Counted from the stretch's first letter, positions 13,042 to 27,532 are shown. The stretch: 64,000 bases of DNA from Octopus bimaculoides (GCF_001194135.2 NC_068993.1:35739440-35803439); one strand, 5' to 3'. Notes: generated from the letters alone by a model not told the origin. Translations and numbers: made by a program.

Positions 13042-16000
13042 TACATATGTGTGTGTGTACATAGATACATACGTACAAACTTATATATATATATAAGTGA
13101 GTTTGAAGGGGTGTATCATCCGGGCGGATGCCGTATTAGCTCTCAGTTAAGTTCCAGTTAACGGCTAACTACAAAGATCAATACCTAACGTCTGTGTCTA
13201 CATTTAGTCGTTAGTCATTGCACCGACAATATTGCGAGGTTGCATTTGCAACAGTGAGTAGTCGCCGCAGCGGAAACACGTGCAGGCTATTATAGTATGC
13301 TGTATATAACTATAAAATGAATTTTGTGGGTGTACATATTATTGTGTGTCTGCGCGCGCGCGCGTGTGTGTGAATATCTTTGACAATAGGCTTGGTTTCA
13401 TAATAGGCCTGTCTTTTCTAATGTCCTTGCCTAAATTCAGGTCAACTCTTGTCGACCAGGTTTATTATCAATGACATTCACAACATGATCATCCAGGGAT
13501 ATCTAGAACTTCACTACTGCATATGTCCTTCCCTTTTTGAATGAGGTGGGTCTGCTTGGGGTGATATATCAACCTTGTAGGGTGTCCATTTTTTCAGTTA
13601 GAAGTAAATATTCTGTACTCGAGTTAATCTGAAGATCAATCAAAATAATCTTCAAAATATGTCATAGTCTTTATTCATTCTGTTCGAACTGGCAGAATCG
13701 TTAGAACTTTTCGGTATTTCTCCCGATTTTTATGATCACAGTTCAAAGTTTGCCAGCATCATCTTAAAGCAAAGTATCACCCTTTTGCCTCAATTAAAAA
13801 CAATTATTACCTTCCTGTGGTGTAGTTTAAAGTAACCTGTCTTTGAGCAGTAATATATAAGATTATTTACTCTGTATTATTATGTTTTTTTTAGACAAGG
13901 CCGCTGCTCATTCGCCCAACCTTTCTTGTTTTTGGAGAAAGCGATATTGTTTGTTGTCTCCCAGGATTCTTCTCACAGCGCATCTGAGTCGGTTCGAAGA
14001 GTAAGTGGGTGGAGTCAGTCGCCGAGTATTTGACTCGTACTTTATTCCAGAAAGAAGAAATGTTGTGCTAACATCGGTGGCCTTTTTAGCTCAATATCAT
14101 TTATCACGGTTTTTAAATAATAATCTGTAGTACATATACCATTGAATTATACATTTTTAGCCGTCATTTAAAATATTTTTTCAGTAAAATAGAATAAATT
14201 CAGCAAATAAAGGTACCAGAGTTACATAATTCTAAGTCGAACTAAATGGTTTAGATAGAAAGTGAATATTCTTTTATTTCAGTTCGAAGTGAAGAACATT
14301 AGCAGAAGAACTGTATCTACGAACGCATGATCTTGTAACGGTTACTGTAATTACATTTCCTCAAAATATGTTCTTAAAGTGATGTTGATCCATAATATAT
14401 AATCACACTCTCTGATTTTTACATTTCTTTATTCTCGCGCCAAATTACTATTGTTGTAATTGTTTACAACAGATCAACCATGATGGAACACACCTCTGAG
14501 AAAAAGCATTCCGCTCGTGACCCACATGTCTGGCTTTTATTTAACAAGTAGACTCTAGTCTAGCGATGGTCTGTCCTCGAGCAGGCTCAGTGCATAGGCA
14601 CCTTCTCCAGTACTCTCTATACGACCTGAGAGGGCCCGTACTTCTCTCTCCGCCACTACCTCTGCTAAGTAGATACCTGGAAGATACACAGTATACAATC
14701 TCTGTGGATGCGCCAACGATCCTGCCAATTTCGACCCGCAGAGCAACGTGAAATGAAGTGCTTTGCTCAAGAACACGCTAGATCGAACCCACGATCTAGA
14801 AATGGTGAGTGCAACACCCTGGCTAAGCCATACGTTTTCTCATACCCCTATATTTCCTTGTTTAATATGTTCTTTCTTTTAGATACGGTACAGTTGCTGT
14901 TTTAGAATATAAGTCTTTTCCGGCATATAAGTTGAATTTTTCAGTGTAAATTTAACTAAAATTTATATGCAAATATAATAGAGCGACTTTTCCACTAAGT
15001 TGAGTGCCAAAAATTCAATGTGAAATGAAGCAGGATTTGAAAAGGTATTAACGATGTTTGAATGTTTACACTATCTACTACGTCGATTTGTATGTCGGAA
15101 AATAGCGTATTTTGCGACTAGGTAGGGAATACAATTACCAAGGAATTACTCCACCTGTTGCCCTTCGATTACATTTTAGTTTGAGGGTGAGTATCGTACT
15201 GTAAATGGTGTATCGACGCTTGAGAATGGACTACTCTATTCAAAGAAAGCTCTTTTAAGCAAGATTACTATGGGGTTACAGTGTCAGAAGAATAGTTTAT
15301 ATTATCTTCAGGAATAAGCTAAAATTCCTAAATTTCCCAATTGTAATTGCGAGCATGAGATTTCATTTTATCGTTATTGCATTTGATTTGCCATACTAAT
15401 TTCCTTATAGGTGGCATCTGTCTTTTACAGATCACTATGGTTTGTTTTTAGTGAGCAAGTCAATTTCCTCAAACACTGAAAACTGGGGAAGAAAAACAGC
15501 TACACGTACATAACAATTGCATTAAGAATTGACAATTAAAATAAAACGCAATGCCTTATAAATATTTTACTTAAAAGGTAGGTTTACAGATTTCGGAACT
15601 GTACTTGTTTCGCAAGTGATTTGATCATAAACCGTGTCTAAGGCAACTCAGAGAGAAATACATTAAATGTTGTTATGCATTTTAGGAATTCTGCATTACT
15701 CTAAGACTACTGAAGAGGTTCCAAAGTGAGTCTGTTTCAGATAATTTTAAAGCGGAACATTTCCCTTTGCTTTTACTATAGAATATCAAATGTACATGAT
15801 ATTATAACACAATAAAGCTATAAAAATCGGAACATTTGACATCAACGGATTGCTGACAATGAGTCATCATCGATTCAAATTTGTTAGTTCCCACAATATA
15901 AATAAATTTTAGATTATTTTGTAGTTTTTAATGTGTGATGTTTTTATAATTTAAGAAATAGGGATGAAAGAACTTATGAAAACTATGATGTAATTTCCGG

Positions 16001-16135
16001 TTAAATAACATTAGTGTAAATAGAATAAATTCAGATGAGATTAAACCTCAATGAATGAAATACATGCTTATACATGTGTGTGTGTCTGTGTGTTTGTGTG
16101 TGTGTGTGTGTGTGTGTATGTGTGTGTGTGTGCGT

Positions 16136-16168
<33 letters not shown>

Positions 16169-16669
16169 TCTGTGTGTGTGTTTGTCTGTGTGAATGCATT
16201 TATGCATGCATCTGTATATTCGTTGGGTACATTTAAGTATTTTATGGAAATCAATTAATTTCAGTAGTGTTAACCACCACTCCCAAGCGATTATGATTTA
16301 GTGACATACCCTATGCTTTCGATAATTGTTTTAGGTGCCAATGTGAACATAGGAAATCTTTTCCGACTCCTCACGTTTGACCCTTCGAAACAGCAGAGTG
16401 GTTTGAATCAAGATGATGGTACCGCCCGGTACAAAACTCGAAACTTTGACCTGATGACCGTAAACTAAACACTCTAAACGATACACCAAGAGTAGAATAA
16501 ATTAAATGAAAAATGGGGAAAGCTACTAACAATGCAGAAAGTTTTTAAAACTTTAATATTTCGAGCGCAAAGACCCATCTCCAGAAGGATACGATCAAAG
16601 AAATGTGTGTTCTCTTAGATGCTGCCATTTTCGATAGCCAGATGAGCAATGACTCCGCTTTAGTCCAAT

Positions 16670-17290
16670 GATGGTGTTGTTAGTGCCGGGCTGTAGAGAT
16701 CACACAGGGGACAATGGTAGAAGTCTGGCTGTAAGTTGGTAGCAGTGGTGGGAAATGCGGTTGTGGATGGTACCGTCGTTGTAGTTGGTGGTGGAAGTAA
16801 TCGATATCTGCGTGGTTTTGATGATGGTGGTAAGTGTCGTTGTAATCGATGGTGGTGTTGGTGGTATAACCACCACCAAAGAGATAAACACTTCCATACT
16901 AGCCAAGTAGAAGAATACAGGCAATCTCCGTATCACCGACTTAATCCGAAAACCAGTAGTAGATCGGAGTGGGGCCGGTGGCACCTGTGAATGTAATACC
17001 AACCATTGCTGCAACCATGACCAGCGACTACTACGACGTACTATACCAACAACGCCATCATCGACTGCCACTAAACTTACCACCACTGTCATCTATGGCG
17101 ATTTACACAACAGCATCAGCGTCTGCTGCCACGGAATTTACCATTATTATGACCACCGACTACAGCTACGGAGTTCACCACACTACTGCTGCCAACCTGC
17201 ATCCAGTCTGCCACCACCATCCCCTATGTGACTTCTACAGCACGGCATTAACATTTGGAGAGCTGCTACTACTAACACAGGCTAAAACGA
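16670..17290. repeat. Degenerate (GGT)/(ACC) low-complexity region
   Basis: Cryptic trinucleotide composition; a similar (GAT/GGT) tract lies at 61660-61920. Confidence 0.7.
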
Positions 17291-17703
17291 GGTACGGTAC
17301 AGCCAACCAAAATGACAGGATCTAAGTAAGCTCACATTACTTTGACTGTATGCTTCTGAAAATAGGCGGTTACGCCTGAAATATGAAGAGTTTTTTTTTT
17401 ACCCGCTTCATTGTTAGAAGCTTTCCTCATTTCTTATTCCATTTATTCTTTAACTCCTATACTACAATGCTTCAAGCAAACTTATATGCTCTCGTTTCAA
17501 TATGCCAAGCGTTTTCTATAAGTATTTTGAGCATTCTTTGAGTAAATGAATTTTTAAATATCAATAAATGTATGATTTGCTGAGAAATATTAATTCTATA
17601 CAATGTTTAATATGGTGAGTTTATACCTTTAATAATAATATAACTTCTACAAAATCTCCGGAGATTCAAGAGACTTTTACGAGCTAATATTAATTCTCTT
17701 TCT

Positions 17704-18140
17704 AAGGCGGCGAGTTGGCAGAAACGTTAGCACGCCGGGCGAAATGCGTAGCGGTATTTAGTCTGCCGTTACGTTCTGAGTTCAAATTCCGCCGAAGTCG
17801 ACTTTGTCTTTCATCCTTTCGGGGTCGATAAATTAATTTCTAGTTACGCACTGGGGTCGATGTAATCGACTTAATCCCTTTGTCTGTCCTTGTTTGTCTC
17901 CTCTATGTTTAGCCTCTTGTGAGCAATAAAGAAATAAGAAACTTTACCACACCGGGCACAATGCTCAGCGGTAGGTATTTTGTCTGTCTTCGTGTTCTGA
18001 GTTCAAATCAGCCGAGGTCGACTTTGCATTTCATCCTTTCGAGGTAGGTATAATAAGTACCACTTCAGCATTGGGGTTGATGTAATCGATTTATCTCCTT
18101 TCTCCAAATTGCTGGTTTTGTGTCAAAATTTGAAACCAAT
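17704..18140 (+). mobile_element. tRNA-derived SINE family A, tandem dimer
   Basis: Same head and body as 5665-6070. The second unit starts at about 17936 after the same linker (gcaataaagaaataagaaac). Confidence 0.85.
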
Positions 18141-18528
18141 ATTAATTATGTCACTACTTGATTTGATATGTAAACAGAACGCATCTCGATAATAAATTTC
18201 CGACCATGAGTGGTTAACCGAACTCATTGGAATAGTCCGTGAGTGGTTGAATGCGTAACTTTAATATAATTCTTAGGCAGAGAAAGAATGATAGTGCATG
18301 ACGAGGCTGGATTTTTAATTTACTAGTACAATCTGCTTGAAGGACTTCCAAATAGTTTCTGTCCACCCAATTTCACTCATACTGAATGAATTTATTCAAG
18401 GTTATATAGAAAATGGCATTCCCCTAAAATGTCAGGCATGGGATCGAAACCGTGATCTTGTGATTAGGAAAGAAACTGCTTAATCATTTGGCTATACTGT
18501 ACCTATGTTTGATACGAACATTTCCAAC

Positions 18529-18562
<34 letters not shown>

Positions 18563-18606
18563 ACACATCCATATACATACACATATATTTATATATACAT
18601 ATGCAT

Positions 18607-18640
<34 letters not shown>

Positions 18641-18652
18641 TCTCTATCTCTC

Positions 18653-18702
<50 letters not shown>

Positions 18703-19667
18703 TCTCTCTCTCTCTCCCTCTCTCTCTCTCTCTCACATACATATATGTATATATCAATTAACGAATCAAAAAAGAACGAGAGTAACATAACCACTTTTAT
18801 TAGCTTACAGCCGTTTCTACTACAGGAAACTGAGTGTTCGTGTGACATCCTATAGCTTCCTCTGAGCCATTTAAATGAGTATATGTTTATTGCAGAAAGC
18901 TTTTTAATACATATGCTTAAATAGGCAGACGCATGTGCATTTTATATAGAGAGCTATCTATCGCAAGAAACCTGATCTATCAAGTAATATCATCAGATCA
19001 TGTATTATCCACGAGTTTCACTGAAGTAGATACAAAACTAACAACCTATTAGCTGGTGGTTAAATTGTAGAGGCAAAATACTGCTGCTCTGCCTCTATGA
19101 TAAGAGTATGTCGTAAATTAGCATCTATATTAACTATAAAGTAAATATTGATATTCCAATACAACACGAAATTTAAGACACCTACTTTAACAAATATACG
19201 TATATGTTACAAACCTATATATTATTGCTGTAAAATCTAACTTGGGGAATAAACACTCTCGGCAGCAAGGCATAAGTATCATATTTACTGTAATTTCTGT
19301 TTTCGTTGAGTCTTCAATAGTTATATTAGATTATGTTTCTCTCTATAAATTACATAATCTATAATTTTGCATAACATATTGCATTTAATCATATTTAAAA
19401 CATAAAATTTATTATTTATTCATGACATATATGAAGTTTCAACAACTGAGGTAATATAATTCTAAGTTACCATTTTTGAATTTCGTTTCGAGCTTCAAGA
19501 CTTTTTTAATATATGCTGCTTATTCTGGAAATTAAATCGAATATTTCTAACAAGATCTATTCACATATTATTGCGAACCATAAGATTCTAGCGAATAACA
19601 ATTTCAGTAACTTATGATAAAGTAAAAAAAAATTGAGGAATCTGAAAGATGATTTTTATATTTATAA

Positions 19668-19902
19668 TTAACGCCTTCCGGCAGATTCGAATGCGCATAT
19701 GCTAGTCGTTGTTGCATACATCACAGAACAACTATTTACTGGGTCCTTCTGGTTGAGGAAACGCATGTCAAAATATCGGTGTCCCAGAATCTCTTGCACC
19801 AATGATCTGAATGTGTTTTGAACACATTGTCGTCATAGAAATGAGTTCTCCTGTGACGAAGCGACTAGCATATCCGCGTTGGAATCTGCTGGAATGTGTT
19901 AA
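19668..19902. mobile_element. TTAA-flanked MITE (piggyBac-like)
   Basis: TTAA at 19668-19671 and 19899-19902. Imperfect TIRs of about 40 bp: cgccttccggcagattcgaatgcgcatatgctagtcgtt versus agcgactagcatatccgcgttggaatctgctggaatgtg. Confidence 0.65.
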
Positions 19903-19965
19903 GAATGAATATGAAAATCACTGTTTATAATAAAGTAATTTGGTACTAAAAAGCCAAGACTTATC

Positions 19966-20340
19966 ACATCGGTTCTCAACTAAGGTCCATATGGCCCACG
20001 AGGGTCCATACGAGCCACGAGAGTCCATATAAGATTAGTGGGGTGTCCACGCAAGAAAATAGTTAATTGGGTATCTACAATAGTATCTTAATGAGCCCTG
20101 AAAAAAATTTGCTTTAAATCTGTGTAGTGATATGTATAACAAGAAACAGCTAGGTTTCTTTCTCTAATATTTTTCGTAGCTCACCCTAAACAAGTTAATG
20201 CGGGAAAAACAAAATAGGAATTTTAAAAGAAATTTCTATAAAACTAATTTTAAACATCGAAGGACAGCAGAGTAAAATAGGAGAACAATAAAAATTTGAA
20301 CTAAGTGTTTAAACAGTATTCACTTTGGAAGAACCACTTA
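19966..20340 (+). mobile_element. Non-autonomous hAT-like element end
   Basis: Starts catcggttctcaactaaggtccatatggccc, resembling CAGTGGTTCTCAACC.GGGGTCC termini. Three imperfect 18-19 bp subterminal repeats (ggtccata/gagtccata) follow. Right boundary uncertain. Confidence 0.5.
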
Positions 20341-20705
20341 TTTTATCAGAGCTTGATAAAATAATACTTATAAACAAAAATACATTCATTATACATCTGA
20401 CTTGTGTTTAGTCAAAGCAGATCACTATTACAAATTTTGGTGGCATGGAATATAACAAAAGTGCTAAATTACTTACGTAATTTATATGACGTCTTATCAC
20501 AAATCACGCACAGACAATGATAAGACTTTGTGACTTGTGAGAACAAGATAACATTTTCATTATTATTCATTAAGGTAGAGAATACGTCAATGAAAGGTTA
20601 ACTACAAGGTACAGTTCCTATTTCCAGTCACATTGCTTTTCAATCAATATTTCGCTTACGACAAACTGCACCGAGTGCTAATACGATTATTTCTTAAACC
20701 AATGA

Positions 20706-20750
<45 letters not shown>

Positions 20751-22839
20751 NNNNNNNNNNNNNNNNNNNNNNNNNNNNNNNNNNNNNNNNNNNNNNNNNN
20801 NNNNNNNNNNNNNNNNNNNNNNNNNNNNNNNNNNNNNNNNNNNNNNNNNNNNNNNNNNNNNNNNNNNNNNNNNNNNNNNNNNNNNNNNNNNNNNNNNNNN
20901 NNNNNNNNNNNNNNNNNNNNNNNNNNNNNNNNNNNNNNNNNNNNNNNNNNNNNNNNNNNNNNNNNNNNNNNNNNNNNNNNNNNNNNNNNNNNNNNNNNNN
21001 NNNNNNNNNNNNNNNNNNNNNNNNNNNNNNNNNNNNNNNNNNNNNNNNNNNNNNNNNNNNNNNNNNNNNNNNNNNNNNNNNNNNNNNNNNNNNNNNNNNN
21101 NNNNNNNNNNNNNNNNNNNNNNNNNNNNNNNNNNNNNNNNNNNNNNNNNNNNNNNNNNNNNNNNNNNNNNNNNNNNNNNNNNNNNNNNNNNNNNNNNNNN
21201 NNNNNNNNNNNNNNNNNNNNNNNNNNNNNNNNNNNNNNNNNNNNNNNNNNNNNNNNNNNNNNNNNNNNNNNNNNNNNNNNNNNNNNNNNNNNNNNNNNTC
21301 TTATATATATATATATGAAAATTTTCAATTCATAGGCAGGCTTATTGATTGTAAGTTTATGTATTTAAGTCCGCTATATACTTTTTAATTAATATTTGTA
21401 TAAACCCATATATCAATTTAATAAAATACGTTAATTAATCACTACACGCAGTGATACGAATTGTTCAATCACAACAGGTACAAACTTGTTATACCAGTGG
21501 ACGCAGGAAAATGAAGAACAAGCAATAATAGTTGATGTTTAGATAAAATACTGTGTAAATAATTGAATCCACTCGCTGTATTGGATTACTTCTGTAGCCG
21601 TCGATACGTATTTATAGTTATATTAGTTATACTTAATGGAATGAAGTTTTAGAATAAAGTATTTTTTTAAAAAACACAGCCTTGCGTGCGGGCTCCCACA
21701 CTACCACACTCATATATGTAAATATATATACATACATGTATAAATATATATATATATATATATTTATATATTTATATATATATATATATNNNNNNNNNNN
21801 NNNNNNNNNNNNNNNNNNNNNNNNNNNNNNNNNNNNNNNNNNNNNNNNNNNNNNNNNNNNNNNNNNNNNNNNNNNNNNNNNNNNNNNNNNNNNNNNNNNN
21901 NNNNNNNNNNNNNNNNNNNNNNNNNNNNNNNNNNNNNNNNNNNNNNNNNNNNNNNNNNNNNNNNNNNNNNNNNNNNNNNNNNNNNNNNNNNNNNNNNNNN
22001 NNNNNNNNNNNNNNNNNNNNNNNNNNNNNNNNNNNNNNNNNNNNNNNNNNNNNNNNNNNNNNNNNNNNNNNNNNNNNNNNNNNNNNNNNNNNNNNNNNNN
22101 NNNNNNNNNNNNNNNNNNNNNNNNNNNNNNNNNNNNNNNNNNNNNNNNNNNNNNNNNNNNNNNNNNNNNNNNNNNNNNNNNNNNNNNNNNNNNNNNNNNN
22201 NNNNNNNNNNNNNNATATAAACATACGGGCTCTCACACGTAGATACAGATACATATATGCATGTGTGCCGGTACCAAAACAACCATCCACTACCATTCAT
22301 AGCAGTCCAAAAAACATACAATGGCAGCAAACAACATGAATCTACCAACTGCTACAAAATTTGAACCAAGGCGGACGAGTGGAACGGCCTTGAAGTCGAA
22401 GATTTTTAACTAACGGAGACAACACAATATCACCTGAGGAAACACAACTGGATCTCATTATACAAACAAACAGTTCCATAATCAAACACACGCATACATA
22501 CATATTACATATAACACTTATATAGTATATTGAGAATTAATATATACTCTACACATAATGTATACAACTCAGAAATGCGTTCAAATATATATATGTATAT
22601 AAAATCTGTCATATTATTAAATAATAGCCGAAATAAAGTTTGATGGTTGGGTCGTTGATTTCTTCGTTCACATTTCAAATTTAGACAGAAAACGTACAAG
22701 AGTACAAGAGATAGAAAGGCTAACAAGAAAAGTACAGGATGAGAGTGCATTCTAAGCACGGTGATGGCGATGAGTAAATGAACGCTATACAGACACGATG
22801 AAAGAAGGTATCATACAGAAAGAGGGGAGGGAATGTGTA

Positions 22840-22890
<51 letters not shown>

Positions 22891-23284
22891 GGTTAGTTTT
22901 CATTGTTTTTTGTTCTTGTTTTTGCCTTTGTGAGTTACAAGTAATGCTATCTGTTGGAGTCTCAGCTTTTTTAGCTGCTATTTCTGAACTTCGGTATGTG
23001 GTGAAGCAAATATTTGCTGATCCCTAAATTATGTTTATAAATATATATGAACTTTTAAATAAGTTCTCCGCCGATAATGGTGCTTACATACCGAAGGGCT
23101 TGGTANNNNNNNNNNNNNNNNNNNNNNNNNNNNNNNNNNNNNNNNNNNNNNNNNNNNNNNNNNNNNNNNNNNNNNNNNNNNNNNNNNNNNNNNNNNNNNN
23201 NNNNNNNNNNNNNNNNNNNNNNNNNNNNNNNNNNNNNNNNNNNNNNNNNNNNNNNNNNNNNNNNNNNNNNNNNNNNNNNNNNNN

Positions 23285-23315
<31 letters not shown>

Positions 23316-23619
23316 GTAGAGGGGAGACCGGTATGCATGGGCGACTGCTGGTCTTCTATAAAACAACTTTGCCCGGACTTGTGCCTCGGAGGGTAACTTT
23401 CTAGGTGCAAGCCCATGGTCAGTCATGACCGAAGGGGGTCTCAGCATATATAATGGATACATACATACACACACACACTCACGCACACGCAAACACCCGC
23501 GAACACACATACATACATACATACACACACACACTCACACACACAAACATACATACATACGTATATATATATATGTATGTCTGTATGTATGTATGCATGT
23601 ATGTATGTATGTACGCGTG

Positions 23620-24085
23620 CGCAGTTAGAGCTACCTGCAACTTTCATGAGGCAGTGTACCAAGTGACATCGCTGTGTTTTTTTTTCGCAAGATGTAAAAT
23701 TTGTGTTTTGTGATAACGTGTATGCAGTAGTCTGCGATTTTGTCATAGACAGGAAGTTGGAATAAAGAGTCAACGTGAAATTTTGCATTAAACTTGAGAA
23801 ATCTGCTACAAAGACAGTGAGCATGCTTACGGCGACGAGGCAATGTGTCATATGCAATGTTTCGAGTGGCACGAGCGCTTCAAAAGTGGAAGATCGTCGC
23901 CGGAAGATAATCTGGAAGACATGCCATGAGCGTCACACCCGGAAATGTGGAAAGCTTTCATCAGCTTGTGCATCAGGATTGTCGGAGAGACATTGCTGAC
24001 GTTGTTGGTCTGTCGTATGGGTCCATGCAGGCAATCCTAACGTCTGCATTGAACATGTTGCATGTCTCTGCTAAGCTTATCCAAC
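23620..24085 (+). mobile_element. Mariner (SETMAR/Mos1-like) transposase N-terminal relic
   Basis: From 23745: (M)DRKLE*RVNVKFCIKLEKSATKTVSML...DEAMCHMQCFEWHERFKSGRSSPED...VGLSYGSMQAILTSALNMLHVSAKLI. This is the typical mariner HTH region, here with stops and frameshifts. Confidence 0.88.
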
Positions 24086-24479
24086 TTCTCTATCCGCTAG
24101 ACTATGGATGTACTCCGCTAATCTCTACCACTCTCCTAACAGCCATTTCCCCTAGAACTCCTTACCATACAAATTTCCATCCAGTATTTAAATGGTCAAT
24201 GTCAATCAACATCACCATAATCTTCTTTAACTCTAATCTAATACACTAATCAGGTCATTTCTCTATCCTCCTCTTTATTGAATAAAATATTTCAAACCTG
24301 CTGTAGATCCCTACATAAACTAGGAGCTCAGCAAAACTTCGATGTTACTGTCACAAGAATTTATATGTATATAAGTGCGTAAATGTATATATAACATTCA
24401 GAACTAATGTGGGGAATTCAAAAATATTCAATAAAAAATGGTTCACTTTTAGACACTGCTGAAGATCTTTACAAACGTA

Positions 24480-26060
24480 GTGAAGCTAATAGCAAGATTT
24501 TCACAAGACATAGTATTATCAAAGGCAAAAATGATAGCACTCTTGATTAAGAAAATGATATAAAGATGGGAAGAATACTGATATAACTTACACAAAAAGA
24601 TAACATAGTTCATTACATAAAGAAACCAAAATGATCAAATTCAAAATTGCAAAAGTAGAACCTCGCTATTTTAAGCAAAAAAGGAAGAATCTACAAAATG
24701 TCTGGCCGAACAACATAGCAGTGGAACTTCTGAATTATGATTAAGAATTCCTAGTGAAATTGTTACCCTCTCTGTACACAAAAATATGGAAGTCAGATTT
24801 ACGGCCGAATGATGTGACGAAACCGATTTTGATCCCATTGCCCAACAAATAAAAAAGGACATATAAAATAAAGTGAAAAAAAAAAAGCAGCGTATACACG
24901 CCTACTTAAGATCGTTTCTGATAGGATTAAAGTCAAATATGAAATGGAAATAACCAGAAGAAGAAACTGGTTTCAGAGCTAGAAAAGGAACAAGGATTTT
25001 ATCCTTAACCTAGTCAGAAAACCTGAGAGCATAATGAAAAGTAATTTATTGCTTTTATTGACTGTTAAAAAGCTTTTGGCAAAGGTATTCGAGATAAATT
25101 ATGGTGAGTGATGGCAGAAATGGGATTTCTTCAACGTTTTTATAGAATTACTAAAACCAGTTTATTCTCAACAAATGGTAACTGTCAAAACTAATGTGGG
25201 CTTCACAGAGTTGTTTAAAATCGAGTAAGACTTGCGACGAGATTGTATAGTTCCTCCTAAATTTTTTAATATTTCTGCAGGAAGTATAATGAGAAAAGCC
25301 AGGATGACTTTCAAAGAAAATTAAAAATTAGATGATGAGTAGCCACCAATTTTGAATACGTCGATGATGCTGTAGTTATTGCTGGTAGCTAAGGAGAACT
25401 AATGAATTTGATAAAGTGAAAGGAATGAGTGAAGAATATAGCTTCTTCATTAGTTTTGACGAAAGTAAATCAACGAATATCTCAAGAACATATGATTAAG
25501 TTAATCCGACAATAACTGTTCATCAAACTGTCAGAAATTCTGAATGAGTTTTCAAAGTTATATTATCGGTCAATGCGATGAAAGCAAAGATATAAATAAA
25601 TGAATTACAAGAGCAAAATCTTCTATTAACCCTTTAAACTGCATTTGAAAAACAATCTGTCGTTAATTTAAATGAACAAGTTCAAAGTGCTCCCAATAAC
25701 AAAGTAGGTTCTGAATATTGATTAAAACAGAAGATAATAAAAAATCGAATTGTCCAAATTTGGTTTTATAAACTGCAAAGAGTATGAAAAGAAACAATTT
25801 GGTGTGGCTTGGTACAAATTGGAATTAAACTGACTTATTTTTCAAAAACAATAGACACACAAAAACTTAACTATTCAGAGTATAAAACAGATGCACTACA
25901 ATAATTATTGGTAGACGGAAAAGCACCTGAAAAAAGTAAAAGGAAATCCCTGAAGAAATTTAATTGATAACATCCATGGGATAACTAGATTGAAGGTGTT
26001 ATAAATCAGTGGTTATGTGAATTGACAAGCAGGAGTAATGGACCCTCAAAATATCAGATA
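24480..26060 (+). mobile_element. Decayed RTE-clade LINE reverse transcriptase
   Basis: Fragments include LCTQKYGSQI-like/ILIPLP, SDRIKVKYEMEI..EETGFRARKGTR, KAFGK, NFEYVDDAVVIAGS (YADD box, about 25350), and a C-terminal GK..RK..WDN-like segment. Heavily frameshifted. Confidence 0.75.
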
Positions 26061-26263
26061 AACAAAATATGGGACATTTGCCACACGTTGTACATCTACA
26101 GATTTCGGTGACCATTCACCTAATCAGTTCGCTTAGCCACGCAGTATTTGAGGTTACTGGTAGTTGACTTCATGAGTGAACGAAAACGAACAAAGAATCA
26201 AAACGGTGATTTTATATAAATACAGATCTTTCGCAGACTATCCACCTCGTCAGGCAACCCTTT

Positions 26264-26298
<35 letters not shown>

Positions 26299-26725
26299 AT
26301 CTCTCTTTCTCTCTCTCTCTCTCTCTCCATCTCTTTCTCCCTCTTCTCTTTCTCTCTGTAAATAAATAAATAAATAAATAAATATATATATATATATATA
26401 AAGAAAGAAAGAAAGAAAAAATGAGAGAGAGATAGGTAAAGGGAGGGAGAAAGAGAAAGAAACGCAAAGAGAGAGAGGAGAAGACAGCTAGACANNNNNN
26501 NNNNNNNNNNNNNNNNNNNNNNNNNNNNNNNNNNNNNNNNNNNNNNNNNNNNNNNNNNNNNNNNNNNNNNNNNNNNNNNNNNNNNNNNNNNNNNNNNNNN
26601 NNNNNNNNNNNNNNNNNNNNNNNNNNNNNNNNNNNNNNNNNNNNNNNNNNNNNNNNNNNNNNNNNNNNNNNNNNNNNNNNNNNNNNNNNNNNNNNNNNNN
26701 NNNNNNNNNNNNNNNNNNNNNNNNN

Positions 26726-26782
<57 letters not shown>

Positions 26783-27532
26783 CTGTGTGTGTGTGCATAC
26801 ACACACACGCACAGCGATTATGGTAGACAGGTACTCAGAAACAGAGATATTGGTAAACAAAAAGAATCAGGAATATATAAAGAGGTAAAGAGGAAAGGAG
26901 TGTGTGTGTGTGTGTGTACGTGCATGTATAGTATGCATACAGTAAGTAAAAGTGAAACAGTCAGACATAGAGAGAGAGAACGAGAAATGTATAAGTAAGT
27001 TCATCCAAGATCCTCATTACTTGGCTTGTGTCGAATTAACGCTCCAGAGATTGCTAGTGAGAGACAAACTACTTCAGTTTTTGCAATGGCTTCGCTTTGT
27101 TTTGGTTTGTAATTTATGTTGCTATTTTTTTATTCATTTTTTTGTTTCTTCTTTATCGACTCCTGGAACAAACAAACCGAATAATTTCAGCCAAAGATAA
27201 ACGTTATTTGTGCTACAGAGTATTTGAACTATTGATTCTAATGACCAATCAGAAGAGATCCTACACAAGAAAACAATTGTCTTGTACGCCAAAGAACTTG
27301 CTTGGATATCTGCCCATAGACTGACCTAATTCTAAGTGCTATGGAGGCTTCCTCGTGGCAAGTTTCTCCATTATTTTTTGGCAATACTACTAACAATGCT
27401 GATCAAGTGGATAATTGATAACTGAGTCAATAATAGACCGATTTACAAACATTTATTCAATAAAAACATACATGATCGGAAAAACATAAAAATATACGAC
27501 GAATATATAGTGTTATTAATATTAAACTTCAC

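Noticed and set aside
17704-17800. tRNA-like A/B boxes
   Set aside because: This is a SINE head, not a tRNA gene: no full cloverleaf, and it continues into a multicopy SINE body.
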